From Microcoleus sp. (GTDB lineage Bacteria; Cyanobacteriota; Cyanobacteriia; Cyanobacteriales; Microcoleaceae): 64,000 nt of DNA. The translations under genes were made by a program, and so were the position numbers. The stretch's first letter is position 1, and each line of letters opens with the position of its first letter. The notes below the pieces were generated by a model. The model worked only from the letters and a program-made list of their open reading frames with translations. It was not told the origin of the DNA and did not search any database. The DNA is taken from contig JAYFMW010000026.1 in assembly GCA_042408215.1 (NCBI GenBank), positions 128,001 to 192,000 on the forward strand. Reading direction: 5' to 3'. This document shows, piece after piece, positions 51,709 to 62,401 of the stretch.

Positions 51709-52038
51709 ATGTCTTTGCCCAAGATTAAAGAAGCTAGAGATTTAAGCGATGCGGAAGTAGCAGAGCAAATTTTAGCCGTCAAGCGCCAACTAATGAACTT
51801 GCGGCTCCAGCAAGCTACGGGCCGCATGGAAAAGCCCCACTTGTTCAAGCACGCCAGACACCGACTAGCTCAATTGATGACTGTTGAACGGGAACGGCAA
51901 ATCCTTGCTGATTTGGCTTTGGCACAAGAATTAGCCACAGCCAAATCGGAACAAGCAGCATCTGCTGCTGCTCGCGCAACGGCGGCCCCAACCGCAGCAG
52001 TCAGCGAAGAGTTAGAAGCAGCCACACCCGCACAATAA
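51709..52038 (+). CDS. rpmC: 50S ribosomal protein L29 with Ala-rich C-terminal extension
   Basis: LRLQQATG..EKPH.FKH.RHRLAQLMT; start 51709. Confidence 0.95.
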   Translation: MSLPKIKEARDLSDAEVAEQILAVKRQLMNLRLQQATGRMEKPHLFKHARHRLAQLMTVERERQILADLALAQELATAKSEQAASAAARATAAPTAAVSEELEAATPAQ

Positions 52039-52065
52039 TCAGTTGCACAACAAAAATAGGTAGCT

Positions 52066-52314
52066 ATGGCAGTTAAAGAACGAGTTGGCGTAGTAGTCAG
52101 CGACAAAATGGACAAAACCGTCGTGGTAGCAGTAGAAAACCGCTCCTCCCACACCAAATACGGCAAAATCGTAGTCCGCACCAAACGGTACAAAGCTCAC
52201 GACGAAGAAAATCAGTGCAAATCCGGCGATCGTGTCCGCATCACTGAAACCCGCCCCTTGAGCAAAACTAAACACTGGATGGTTGCTGAAGTTTTCGGGA
52301 CAAAAAACGGTTAA
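52066..52314 (+). CDS. rpsQ: 30S ribosomal protein S17
   Basis: [23 protein letters not shown]. Confidence 0.98.
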   Translation: MAVKERVGVVVSDKMDKTVVVAVENRSSHTKYGKIVVRTKRYKAHDEENQCKSGDRVRITETRPLSKTKHWMVAEVFGTKNG

Positions 52315-52430
52315 CAGTTAACAGTTGACAGTTGACAGTTGGCGGTTGACAGTTGGCAGTTGGCAGTAGTAACCAATTACCAATTACCAATTACCAATTA
52401 CCAATTACCAATTACCAATCACCAATCACC

Positions 52431-52799
52431 ATGATTCAACCCCAGACATACCTCAATGTCGCCGACAATAGCGGAGCACGCAAAATAATGTGCATCCGCG
52501 TCTTGGGAGGCGGCAACCGCCACTACGGCGGAGTCGGCGATGTGATCATTGCCGTCGTCAAAGATGCCATCCCCAACATGGCAGTCAAAAAATCAGATGT
52601 CGTCCGGGCAGTCATTGTCAGAACCCGCAAAGGCCTGCGTCGCGACAGCGGCATGAGCATTCGTTTTGACGACAACGCCGCCGTCATTATCAACCAAGAC
52701 GGCAACCCCAAAGGCACCCGCGTTTTCGGCCCCGTTGCTCGCGAACTGCGCGACAAAAACTTCACTAAAATCGTTTCCTTAGCCCCGGAGGTACTTTAA
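52431..52799 (+). CDS. rplN: 50S ribosomal protein L14
   Basis: [23 protein letters not shown]; start 52431. Confidence 0.99.
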   Translation: MIQPQTYLNVADNSGARKIMCIRVLGGGNRHYGGVGDVIIAVVKDAIPNMAVKKSDVVRAVIVRTRKGLRRDSGMSIRFDDNAAVIINQDGNPKGTRVFGPVARELRDKNFTKIVSLAPEVL

Positions 52800-52800
52800 A

Positions 52801-53163
52801 ATGTACGGAAAAAAGGGTAAACCAACTAGCGAACCGCAGCGCCATAGAATGCACGTCAAAGCTGGCGACACCGTTCAAATAATTACTGGCAAAGAGAAAG
52901 GTAAAGTCGGAGAAATCTTAAAGACATATCCTAAAGTCAGCAAAGTAATTGTTAAAGGTGTCAACGTCAGAACTAAACACGTTAAGCCCCAGCAAGAGGG
53001 AGAATCGGGAAAAATCCTCACATTTGAGGCTCCTATTCACAGCTCAAATGTCATGCACTACTCCGAAAAAGAGAAAGTAGCTAGTCGTGTTTGCTACACC
53101 TTTAGCGAAGATGGCCGCAAACTGCGACAGCTCAAAAAAACCGGAGAAATCCTCGATAATTAG
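52801..53163 (+). CDS. rplX: 50S ribosomal protein L24
   Basis: KOW motif [25 protein letters not shown]. Confidence 0.98.
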   Translation: MYGKKGKPTSEPQRHRMHVKAGDTVQIITGKEKGKVGEILKTYPKVSKVIVKGVNVRTKHVKPQQEGESGKILTFEAPIHSSNVMHYSEKEKVASRVCYTFSEDGRKLRQLKKTGEILDN

Positions 53164-53339
53164 TCATTAGTCATTAGTCATTAGTCATTAGTCATTAGTC
53201 ATTAGTCATTAGCTAACAACAGACAACAGACAACAGACAACAGACAACAGACAACAGACAACAGACAACAGACAACAGACAACAGACAACAGACAATTCC
53301 CTGACCACGCCCAGGGACAGTTAAAGAAACCCAAAAACA

Positions 53340-53885
53340 ATGCCAGACAAACTCAAAGTTCTTTACCAAGAAAAGATTGTACCGAAACTGATGGAGCAGT
53401 TTAAATATACTAATATCCATCAGGTACCCAAACTCGTCAAAGTCACCGTTAACCGTGGTTTGGGAGAAGCATCTCAAAATGCTAAGGCCCTAGATTCATC
53501 TATCAACGAAATCGGTATCATCACAGGTCAAAAACCAGTGGTGACGCGGGCGAAAAAGGCGATCGCAGGCTTCAAAATCCGCAAAGGAGTACCCGTTGGT
53601 GTCATGGTGACCCTACGAGCCGATCGGATGTATGATTTTCTCGATCGACTAATCAACCTCGCACTTCCCCGGATCAGAGACTTTCGCGGCATCAGTCCCA
53701 AAAGCTTCGACGGACGCGGCAACTACAGCTTGGGCGTGAGAGAACAACTAATCTTTCCCGAAATAGAATATGACAGCATCGATCAAATTCGAGGCATGGA
53801 CATTTCAATTATCACCACAGCAAACACCGACGAAGAAGGACGCGCCTTGCTCAAAGAAATGGGAATGCCCTTCCGGGACAACTAA
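53340..53885 (+). CDS. rplE: 50S ribosomal protein L5
   Basis: [22 protein letters not shown]. Confidence 0.99.
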   Translation: MPDKLKVLYQEKIVPKLMEQFKYTNIHQVPKLVKVTVNRGLGEASQNAKALDSSINEIGIITGQKPVVTRAKKAIAGFKIRKGVPVGVMVTLRADRMYDFLDRLINLALPRIRDFRGISPKSFDGRGNYSLGVREQLIFPEIEYDSIDQIRGMDISIITTANTDEEGRALLKEMGMPFRDN

Positions 53886-53907
53886 GCAGTAGAGTAAGGA
53901 GCAAAAC

Positions 53908-54312
53908 ATGGCAGCTAACGATACCATAGCAGATATGTTGACGCGCATTCGCAATTCATGCATGGCGCGCCACCAAACAACACAAATTCCAGCTACAAAA
54001 ATGACCCGTAGCATCGCCCAAGTCCTCAAAACAGAAGGCTTTATCAGCGAATTTGAAGAAGCAGAACCAGAAGGGATAAAGCGACATTTAGTGCTTTCTC
54101 TCAAGTACAAAGGCAAAACTCGCAAGCCCATTATCACGGCACTTAAGCGAGTCAGCAAACCAGGACTGCGCGTTTACTCGAACCGTAAAGAATTGCCCAG
54201 AGTTTTAGGCGGAATTGGCATTGCCATTATCTCCACCTCAAGCGGCATTATGACCGATCGAGAAGCTCGACGCCAAGGTTTGGGCGGCGAAGTGCTTTGT
54301 TATGTTTGGTAG
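53908..54312 (+). CDS. rpsH: 30S ribosomal protein S8
   Basis: [29 protein letters not shown]. Confidence 0.99.
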   Translation: MAANDTIADMLTRIRNSCMARHQTTQIPATKMTRSIAQVLKTEGFISEFEEAEPEGIKRHLVLSLKYKGKTRKPIITALKRVSKPGLRVYSNRKELPRVLGGIGIAIISTSSGIMTDREARRQGLGGEVLCYVW

Positions 54313-54434
54313 TCATTAGTCATTAGTCATTAGTCAATGGTCATTGGCAACCGACTCAAAAATCAATAACTAAGGACTAATAACTAAAGACTAATCATCC
54401 AGGACTAATAACTAAAAACAAAGGACAAAAAACT

Positions 54435-54983
54435 ATGTCGCGAATTGGCAAGCGTCCGATTAGCATTCCCACGAAAGTCACCATCACCCTAGACGGTCAA
54501 AAAGTAGCCGTCAAAGGCCCTAAAGGTGAACTTTCACGAGTCATACCAGCAGAAATCCTGATGGGACTCGAAGGCGAGACTTTACTCGTCACGCGCCGAG
54601 ACGAATCTCGCGTCGCCCGCCAACTGCACGGCTTGTGTCGCACCCTAGTCGCCAACATGGTCGAAGGTGTATCCCAAGGTTTTGTGCGCCGCCTGGAAAT
54701 TATCGGTACAGGTTATCGGGCCCAGGTTCAAGGACGGAACCTGATTTTAAACGTCGGTTACAGCAAGCCCGTTGAAATGCCCCCTCCAGAAGGCATCACA
54801 ATGGCAGTAGAAGGCAACACCAACGTCATTGTCTCCGGCATTGACAAAGAACTCGTCGGCAATACAGCAGCCCGCATCCGCGCGGTACGTCCGCCTGAAG
54901 TCTACAAGGGCAAAGGCATTCGCTACAGCGGCGAAGTTGTCCGGCGCAAAGCTGGTAAAACAGGCAAAACAGGTAAGAAGTAG
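54435..54983 (+). CDS. rplF: 50S ribosomal protein L6
   Basis: [20 protein letters not shown]. Confidence 0.99.
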   Translation: MSRIGKRPISIPTKVTITLDGQKVAVKGPKGELSRVIPAEILMGLEGETLLVTRRDESRVARQLHGLCRTLVANMVEGVSQGFVRRLEIIGTGYRAQVQGRNLILNVGYSKPVEMPPPEGITMAVEGNTNVIVSGIDKELVGNTAARIRAVRPPEVYKGKGIRYSGEVVRRKAGKTGKTGKK

Positions 54984-54985
54984 AC

Positions 54986-55348
54986 ATGAAGCTTACTCGC
55001 AAAGAATCAGTCCACCGCAGACACCGCCGCGTGCGACGCAAGGTGTTCGGCACTTCCGAACGTCCCAGGTTAGCGGTATTTCGATCGCAACAGCACATTT
55101 ACGCCCAAGTCATCGACGACTCCACCCAGCACACTTTAGCCGCCGCGTCAACCCTAGACCCGGAATTAAAGTCAGCTCTCAGTTCGGGAGCCAACTGCCA
55201 AGCCAGTGTGCAAGTAGGTCAGTTGATAGCCAAACGCTGTTCCAGCGCTGGCATAGCCAAAGTCGTCTTCGATCGCGGAGGCAACCTCTATCATGGTAGA
55301 GTCAAAGCCCTCGCAGAAGCAGCTCGCGAAGCCGGGTTAGACTTTTAG
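54986..55348 (+). CDS. rplR: 50S ribosomal protein L18
   Basis: [21 protein letters not shown]. Confidence 0.99.
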   Translation: MKLTRKESVHRRHRRVRRKVFGTSERPRLAVFRSQQHIYAQVIDDSTQHTLAAASTLDPELKSALSSGANCQASVQVGQLIAKRCSSAGIAKVVFDRGGNLYHGRVKALAEAAREAGLDF

Positions 55349-55502
55349 GAAGAAGGAAGTTCGGCAACGGATTATGTAACGGATGTAACGGATATCAGGA
55401 AGAAGGAAAAAAGAATCTACAACAAAACTCTTAATTCCTAATTGTTAATTACCGAGTGCTGGCTGCGAGTTACTAATCTTCAATTCCCCAAAGGACAAAA
55501 CT

Positions 55503-56045
55503 ATGGCAGAACAAAAAGAACAGCGCAACAAGAAAAAAAGTAGCAACAAAACGCGCGAAAAAGAATCCGAATGGCAAGAACGAGTCGTTCAGATTCGCCG
55601 CGTTACCAAAGTAGTCAAAGGCGGTAAAAAACTCAGCTTCCGCGCCATAGTCATTATCGGCAACGAACGCGGTCAAGTTGGAGTTGGAGTAGGCAAAGCT
55701 AGCGACGTCATCGGTGCCGTTAAAAAAGGCGTCGCTGACGGCAAAAAGCACCTGATTGAAGTGCCCCTCACCAAAGCTAACTCCATCCCTCACCCCATCA
55801 ACGGTGCTGGCGGCGGAGCCAAAGTCATGATGCGGCCGGCATCTCCCGGAACAGGCGTAATTGCAGGGGGAGCAGTGCGAACTGTTCTCGAACTAGCAGG
55901 AGTCCGCAACATCTTAGCCAAACAGCTAGGTTCAGGAAATCCTTTAAACAACGCTAGAGCCGCAGTCAACGCCCTATCAACTCTTCGCACCTTATCCGAA
56001 GTTGCTCAAGAGCGCGGAATTCCAGTAGAAAACCTCTACGGTTAA
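55503..56045 (+). CDS. rpsE: 30S ribosomal protein S5
   Basis: [17 protein letters not shown]. Confidence 0.99.
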   Translation: MAEQKEQRNKKKSSNKTREKESEWQERVVQIRRVTKVVKGGKKLSFRAIVIIGNERGQVGVGVGKASDVIGAVKKGVADGKKHLIEVPLTKANSIPHPINGAGGGAKVMMRPASPGTGVIAGGAVRTVLELAGVRNILAKQLGSGNPLNNARAAVNALSTLRTLSEVAQERGIPVENLYG

Positions 56046-56195
56046 GGGCCTTAGAACGGGACAGTGTAAGTTTTGAGTATTCAGTATTGAGTTTTGAATA
56101 AAGATTTTTTTAACTCAAAACTCAAAACTCAAAACTACTACGAACCTGTTCACCAATTACCAATTACCAGTTGCCAATTACCAATTACCAACACT

Positions 56196-56642
56196 ATGAG
56201 ATTGCAAGACGCCCGCCCAAAAGCGGGCTCCACAAAACGCCCCCGCCGCTTGGGCAGAGGTATTGCGGCCGGTCAAGGCGCGAGCTCTGGTAAAGGGATG
56301 CGCGGTCAAAAATCTAGAGCCGGTAGCGGCACTAGACCCGGTTTTGAAGGAGGTCAAAATCCTCTTTACCGCCGCCTCCCCAAGCTGAAAAGCTTCCCTT
56401 TAGTCAACCGCAAAGAGTACACTACGATTAATGTCAGTAAATTAGCATCGCTGCCAGCAAACACAGAAGTCACTCTCACCTCTTTGATTCAAGCAAAAAT
56501 CGTCACTACTGACGACGGCCCGCTGAAAATCTTAGGAGATGGCGAACTAAATGTGCCTCTGCAAGTGCGCGCCTCGGCTTTTACCGCAGGTGCTCGCACC
56601 AAAATTGAAGCCGCTGGCGGAAGTTGCGAATTAGTTGCCTAA
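56196..56642 (+). CDS. rplO: 50S ribosomal protein L15
   Basis: [15 protein letters not shown]; start 56196. Confidence 0.98.
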   Translation: MRLQDARPKAGSTKRPRRLGRGIAAGQGASSGKGMRGQKSRAGSGTRPGFEGGQNPLYRRLPKLKSFPLVNRKEYTTINVSKLASLPANTEVTLTSLIQAKIVTTDDGPLKILGDGELNVPLQVRASAFTAGARTKIEAAGGSCELVA

Positions 56643-56744
56643 AGATTTGAGGTTTGAGAATCAGTCCAAATCTCAAATCCTCAAGCTTGCTATCAAAAAA
56701 TGATTTAGTCCAAAAACAAAAATCTAAAATCCCAAATCGTAACT

Positions 56745-58049
56745 ATGGACGTTAGTAGAGAAAAAGCGCCAACTGCACAAGAGACGTTCATGCAGATGGC
56801 TCAAGCTGCGGGTTTGCGGGGCCGCATCCTCGTTACCATCGGCTTATTGATTTTAGTGCGCTTGGGCGTCCACTTGCCAGTCCCCAGCATCGATCGCCTC
56901 GCCTTTTCCCAAAATGTTCAAAATAGCCCTTTAATTGGCTTTTTGGATCTATTTTCAGGCGGCGGGCTGTCAGCTTTGGGGATTTTTGCTCTGGGGATTT
57001 TGCCCTACATTAATGCTTCAATTATCGTGCAGCTTCTGACTGCCGCTCTCCCCAGTTTAGAAGACTTGCAGAAAAATGAAGGGGAAGCAGGGCGACGGAA
57101 AATTTCTCAGATTACTCGCTACGTTTCTTTGGGCTGGGCAATTCTGCAAAGCGTGGGTATTGCGATTTGGGTCAGCCCTTTTGCTCAAATTCCAGGGCCT
57201 TTATTTATAGCACAGACTGCTTTGGCTCTGACGGCCGGGTCAATGTTTGTGATGTGGATATCGGAAGTCGTGACGGAGCGAGGTATCGGTAATGGAGCTT
57301 CGCTGCTGATCTTCATCAACATTGTGTCGGTTTTGCCACGTTCTTTGGGACAAACTTTTGAATTGGCACAAAGTGGAGACACGCAGGTTGTAGGGCGCGT
57401 AGTGGTGCTGCTGCTGGTCTTTTTGGTGACGATCGTTGGGATTGTTTTTGTTCAGGAAGGTACTCGCCGGATTCCGATTATTTCGGCCCGCCGCCAAGTC
57501 GGCCGCAAAGTTTATCGGGAGAGTCGCAGCTACCTACCGCTGCGGTTGAATCAAGGCGGGGTGATGCCGATTATTTTTGCATCTTCGGTGCTGATAGTAC
57601 CCTCTTTCCTCGCTCAATCTCTCAATAACCCGTTTTTGGTTCAAGTGGCTAATGTTTTGAGTCCGAACGGGCCGGCACCTTGGGCTTACGCTCTATTTTA
57701 TCTGACTTTGATTCTGTTCTTTAGCTATTTCTACGCTTCGTTGATTGTCAACCCCGTAGATATGTCTCAAAACTTGAAGAAAATGGGTGCCAGTATTCCT
57801 GGGATTCGTCCTGGTCAGAAAACGAGCGATTATGTGGAGAAGGTTTTGAACCGTTTGACTTTCTTGGGAGCGGTATTTCTCGGTCTGGTGGCGATTGTGC
57901 CAACGGCTGTGGAAAGTGCGATCGGAGTGCAAACTTTTAGAGGCTTTGGTGCAACTTCCCTACTGATTCTAGTAGGTGTGGCGATCGAAACTGCTAAGCA
58001 AATTCAAACTTACGTCATCTCCCAACGATATGAAGGAATGGTGAAGTAA
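56745..58049 (+). CDS. secY: Preprotein translocase SecY
   Basis: ALGILPYINASII, GIGNGASL, IPGIRPG. Confidence 0.99.
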   Translation: MDVSREKAPTAQETFMQMAQAAGLRGRILVTIGLLILVRLGVHLPVPSIDRLAFSQNVQNSPLIGFLDLFSGGGLSALGIFALGILPYINASIIVQLLTAALPSLEDLQKNEGEAGRRKISQITRYVSLGWAILQSVGIAIWVSPFAQIPGPLFIAQTALALTAGSMFVMWISEVVTERGIGNGASLLIFINIVSVLPRSLGQTFELAQSGDTQVVGRVVVLLLVFLVTIVGIVFVQEGTRRIPIISARRQVGRKVYRESRSYLPLRLNQGGVMPIIFASSVLIVPSFLAQSLNNPFLVQVANVLSPNGPAPWAYALFYLTLILFFSYFYASLIVNPVDMSQNLKKMGASIPGIRPGQKTSDYVEKVLNRLTFLGAVFLGLVAIVPTAVESAIGVQTFRGFGATSLLILVGVAIETAKQIQTYVISQRYEGMVK

Positions 58050-58054
58050 TCGCA

Positions 58055-58645
58055 ATGCAATTGATTTTTATGGGGCCTCCAGGGGCGGGAAAGGGAACTC
58101 AGGCTCAGCTATTAGCCTCTCTCTGGAACATACCCCACATTTCTACAGGCGACATCCTGCGCGCCTCCGTAGTTGCCAAAACTGCCTTGGGCCAAAAGGC
58201 ACAATCTTACATGGATGCTGGTGATTTGGTTCCTGACCAGTTATTGATGGATCTCGTACAAGAACGCATGAATCAACCAGATGCTAGTGCTGGCTGGATT
58301 CTCGACGGCTTTCCCCGCACAGTCCCACAGGCAGCTTTTTTTGACAAACTGCTCTGCGATGTTGCTGGTGCGGGCCCAAAGTCTGGGAAGGACTGTGCTC
58401 TCAGGGCTGTCAATTTGGATGTCCCTGACAATGTTTTGGTGACTCGCCTGTTGTCGCGGGGCCGCCAAGATGACAATGAGCAGACGATTCGCCACCGCTT
58501 GCAAGTTTATCGCGAGCAAACTTCACCTTTGATTGAGTTTTACAAAGACCGCCAACAGTTAGTTGCGGTTGATGGCGATCGATCGATGGCAGAAGTTACG
58601 GCAGAACTTCAACAGGCTCTTTCGGGAGACCAGATCTGCCACTGA
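58055..58645 (+). CDS. adk: Adenylate kinase
   Basis: GPPGAGKGTQA, HISTGD, LDGFPR. Confidence 0.98.
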   Translation: MQLIFMGPPGAGKGTQAQLLASLWNIPHISTGDILRASVVAKTALGQKAQSYMDAGDLVPDQLLMDLVQERMNQPDASAGWILDGFPRTVPQAAFFDKLLCDVAGAGPKSGKDCALRAVNLDVPDNVLVTRLLSRGRQDDNEQTIRHRLQVYREQTSPLIEFYKDRQQLVAVDGDRSMAEVTAELQQALSGDQICH

Positions 58646-58895
58646 GTCTCAGACAATAGGACTGTCTCGCTGGTGGTATGTCAATAGACCGCGATTTAAA
58701 CGCCAGTATTAATATTTTAAACTGGGAACCCTTGGCGATCGGGGGATAGCCTACTGATCTTGGGATAGCCGACTACCCAACAGCGTTGTCAGTAAACACT
58801 AATTATCTCAAGATCACTTTGGATAAGTTTAGATAGGTTTTATAAAGCAGACTCTTGAACCTTCTCAATCGATCCTGTTACCCCCCAACAACTTT

Positions 58896-58904
58896 TGCTA
58901 AGAT
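58896..58904 (+). promoter_or_regulatory. Candidate extended -10 promoter for infA
   Basis: TGCTAAGAT about 150 nt upstream of infA. Confidence 0.45.
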
Positions 58905-59053
58905 GTGTTAACTAGGAGCTTTTTGTGCTAAAGGGTTGTCTGAGGGTTAATCTACAGTGAGATTTTTGACTCGTCCGTTTTGCAGCTTTGGGTTCGACAA
59001 GGCAGCCCGGACACTCCTAGTTAATCAAATGTAGAGTTGAGGTAAATACCAAA

Positions 59054-59278
59054 TTGTCTAAGCAAGATTTAATTGAAATGGAAGGGACAGTGACGGAATC
59101 CCTGCCCAATGCGATGTTTCGCGTTGACCTAGATAATGGGTTTAACGTGCTAGCTCACATTTCCGGCAAGATTCGTCGCAACTACATCAAAATTCTGCCT
59201 GGCGATCGCGTCAAAGTCGAATTAACCCCCTACGACTTGACCAAGGGCAGGATCACTTATCGCCTTCGTAAAAAATAG
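59054..59278 (+). CDS. infA: Translation initiation factor IF-1
   Basis: [23 protein letters not shown]-like TPYDL; TTG start, GAGG RBS. Confidence 0.98.
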
Positions 59279-59329
59279 GCTTAGATAAAACTTTCTCAAA
59301 ACTAATTATAAGTTTAATTAGAGAGAATT

Positions 59330-59359
59330 TTGTAAAATCCGTCAAATTTATGCTATAAT
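59330..59359 (+). promoter_or_regulatory. Candidate promoter for rpmJ-rpsM-rpsK-rpoA-rplQ
   Basis: TTGTAA-18 nt-TATAAT with extended TGn. Confidence 0.65.
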
Positions 59360-59647
59360 GCTGGGTTTGTAGCGTTGCCGAGAAGGGCGTCAACAACCCA
59401 CCGGTGTACAGGGTTAAGTCATTGCTACGCCGTGAAAGTATCGATCGCTAACACTGTGAAAGCAAGCGAACTTTACTCCAGTAATGGGAGTGGGAGCAAG
59501 CGGGTTCCTTCATGAAATAACCCGCACTTTATACAATTTAATCGAGGAGAGGCCTACACCTTGCCCAGCCTCTCCTCCCACCGCTGTACGGGCAGCGCCG
59601 GCTTGCCTGCTCTCCGGTATAGCGGGGTTCTCCAGGCAGGAAGAAAG

Positions 59648-59761
59648 ATGAAAGTTCGAGCATCTGTCAAAAAAATTTGCGAGAAATGTCGCGTCATCCG
59701 CCGTCGTGGCAGAGTGATGGTGATATGCACTAACCCGAAACACAAACAGCGCCAGGGTTAG
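59648..59761 (+). CDS. rpmJ: 50S ribosomal protein L36 (Zn-binding type)
   Basis: [14 protein letters not shown]...[11 protein letters not shown]; start 59648. Confidence 0.98.
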   Translation: MKVRASVKKICEKCRVIRRRGRVMVICTNPKHKQRQG

Positions 59762-59844
59762 GAAACCGGAAAATTGGGCACTGCAAATAGTTGCCGCCTA
59801 ATTGAACATTGTAGCCAAACAGGAAAACTAGGGAGACAAAAAGT

Positions 59845-60228
59845 GTGGCACGGATTGCCGGGGTAGACCTTCCACGCGACAAGCGCGTCGAAATAGGTCT
59901 GACATACATTTACGGAATAGGGCTCTCACGCGCCCAAGCAATTATCGCTGCAACAGGCGTAAATCCTGACATTCGTGTCAAGGATTTAACAGAGGAAGAC
60001 GTGACCGCCCTGCGGGCTCATGTAGAAACCAACTACCAGATCGAAGGAGACCTCCGGCGCTGGGAGTCAATGAACATCAAGCGCCTGATGGATATCGGGA
60101 CTTACCGCGGTCGGCGTCACCGTTTGGGTTTGCCGGTACGGGGCCAGAGAACCCGCACCAATGCCAGAACCCGCCGGGGTGTCCGCCGAACTGTTGCGGG
60201 CAAGAAAAAAGCACCTTCCAAGAAGTAA
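59845..60228 (+). CDS. rpsM: 30S ribosomal protein S13
   Basis: [22 protein letters not shown]. Confidence 0.99.
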   Translation: MARIAGVDLPRDKRVEIGLTYIYGIGLSRAQAIIAATGVNPDIRVKDLTEEDVTALRAHVETNYQIEGDLRRWESMNIKRLMDIGTYRGRRHRLGLPVRGQRTRTNARTRRGVRRTVAGKKKAPSKK

Positions 60229-60312
60229 TATCTTTTTGGGAAAATTACGCTGGGGGCTGCTGGCTCCTAGCGCTTCGGGAAATTAGTTGAGAGAAAAGTT
60301 AAAGAGACTCCT

Positions 60313-60711
60313 ATGGCGCGACCACAAACAGGCAAGAAATCTGGTGCAAAAAAGCAGAAACGGAATGTACCGAATGGGGTAGGCTACATCCAGTCTACCT
60401 TTAACAACACGATCGTGACTATTACTGACCTCAATGGCGAAGTCATATCCTGGGCATCAGCAGGTTCGAGCGGTTTTAAAGGAGCTAAAAAGGGAACCCC
60501 CTTCGCAGCTCAAACAGCAGCAGAAAGTGCCGCCCGCCGAGCCAACGACCAGGGAATGCGCCAAATAGAAGTAATGGTCAGCGGACCAGGAGCAGGTCGA
60601 GAAACTGCTATTCGGGCGCTGCAAGGGGCAGGACTGGAAATTACTCTAATTCGAGATGTCACTCCAATTCCTCACAACGGCTGTCGCCCTCCCAAGCGGC
60701 GTAGAGTCTAA
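60313..60711 (+). CDS. rpsK: 30S ribosomal protein S11
   Basis: [25 protein letters not shown]. Confidence 0.99.
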   Translation: MARPQTGKKSGAKKQKRNVPNGVGYIQSTFNNTIVTITDLNGEVISWASAGSSGFKGAKKGTPFAAQTAAESAARRANDQGMRQIEVMVSGPGAGRETAIRALQGAGLEITLIRDVTPIPHNGCRPPKRRRV

Positions 60712-60885
60712 AACGATTTGAGATTTTAGATTTTAGATTTTGGATAATGGCTAATTGCTGAAAGCCAAAAACTAATGCTTTCAACTGTTGCCCCGTCCAT
60801 CCAAAATCCGAAATCCGTTCAGGGGTATGCTCTGCAATCTAAAATCCTCAATCAAAAATCCAAAGTGGAAAAGGGAGGTCACTCC

Positions 60886-61830
60886 GTGGCGCAGTTTCAA
60901 ATTGAATGCATAGAGTCTAACACTGACAAAGACCGGAGTCAGTACGGAAAATTCGTCCTCGAACCGCTCGATCGCGGTCAGGGAACAACTGTTGGGAATG
61001 CGCTGAGGCGAGTTATGCTGTCCAACTTGGAAGGGACCGCAGTAACTTCTGTCCGCATCGCCGGTGTCAATCACGAGTTTGCGACGATCGAAGGAGTACG
61101 GGAGGACGTTCTCGAAATCCTGCTGAACATGAAAGAGGTCGTCCTCAAAAGCCATTCTCAGCAGCCGCAAATAGGTAGGTTGCGGATCGAAGGGCCAGTC
61201 ACAGTTACTGCCGATCGATTCGATTTGCCTTCTGAGGTCGAAATAGTCGATCGCTCTCAGTACATTGCCACTCTCTCGCCCGGCTCAATTCTGGAGATGG
61301 AATTCAGAATTGAAAAAGGGGTCGGATACCGAGCTGTAGACCGCAGTCGCGATGATGGAGCGGCTTTGGATTTTCTCTCGATAGACGCCATTTTTATGCC
61401 GATTCGTAGGGTTAACTACAGCGTTGAAGACGCTCGGGTAGGCGGCACGGTCGAGAAAGACCGACTGATTATGGAAATCTGGACTGATGGTAGCGTGGCT
61501 CCTCAAGAAGCTCTGAGCCAAGCTGCCCACATCCTGGTAGACCTATTTGCACCTCTCAAAGACATCACCCAAGATTTGCTCAAACCCGAGTATCCAGGTG
61601 AAGCCGATCCTACCAGCCAGATTCCGATCGAAGAATTGCAGTTGTCAGTGCGGGCTTACAACTGTCTCAAACGAGCTCAGATCAACTCCGTGGCAGACTT
61701 ATTGGATTATACCCAAGAAGACTTGCTCGAGATCAAGAACTTCGGGCAGAAATCCGCTGAAGAAGTGATTGAAGCTTTGCAAAAGCGCTTGGGCATTACC
61801 TTGCCGCAAGAAAAGTCAGCGAAAAGTTAA
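60886..61830 (+). CDS. rpoA: RNA polymerase subunit alpha
   Basis: EPLDRGQGTTVGNALRR, LSVRAYNCLKR; GTG start at 60886 after GGAGG. Confidence 0.98.
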   Translation: MAQFQIECIESNTDKDRSQYGKFVLEPLDRGQGTTVGNALRRVMLSNLEGTAVTSVRIAGVNHEFATIEGVREDVLEILLNMKEVVLKSHSQQPQIGRLRIEGPVTVTADRFDLPSEVEIVDRSQYIATLSPGSILEMEFRIEKGVGYRAVDRSRDDGAALDFLSIDAIFMPIRRVNYSVEDARVGGTVEKDRLIMEIWTDGSVAPQEALSQAAHILVDLFAPLKDITQDLLKPEYPGEADPTSQIPIEELQLSVRAYNCLKRAQINSVADLLDYTQEDLLEIKNFGQKSAEEVIEALQKRLGITLPQEKSAKS

Positions 61831-61960
61831 TCACAGGGTAATGGGTCAAACAAAGTTTTGAATTTTAAGTTTTGAGTTTTCAGTAAAAAATTCAAAACTC
61901 AAAACTTAAAACTATCCGTAGACCAAATTACTAATTACCAATTACCAATTACCAACTGCT

Positions 61961-62311
61961 ATGCGTCACCGCTGTCGCGTTCCCCAACTCAGCAAACCGG
62001 CTGACCAGCGCCGCGCCCTACTGCGCTCGCTGACCACCGAATTAATCCGCCACGGTAAAATCACTACCACTCTCGCCCGCGCCAAAGCGCTGCGTTCAGA
62101 GGCGGACAGGATGATTACCCTGGCCAAAGATGGCTCCTTGGCCGCTCGTCGGCAAGCTATGGGCTATATCTACGACAAACAGTTAGTACACGCACTGTTT
62201 GAAGCAGCAAAAGAACGGTACGGCTCGCGAAACGGGGGCTACACTCGCGTGGTGCGAACAGTCCCCCGTCAGGGAGATCATTCCGAAATGGCGATCGTTG
62301 AATTGGTTTAA
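61961..62311 (+). CDS. rplQ: 50S ribosomal protein L17
   Basis: MRHR, ITTT..RAK, RNGGYTR. Confidence 0.98.
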   Translation: MRHRCRVPQLSKPADQRRALLRSLTTELIRHGKITTTLARAKALRSEADRMITLAKDGSLAARRQAMGYIYDKQLVHALFEAAKERYGSRNGGYTRVVRTVPRQGDHSEMAIVELV

Positions 62312-62401
62312 TGTAATCAGTCATTAGTCATCAGTTATCAGTCATTAGTCAGTGAATTGGGAAAACTAACAAATCACAAGTAATAACTAAAAAAATAACT
62401 A

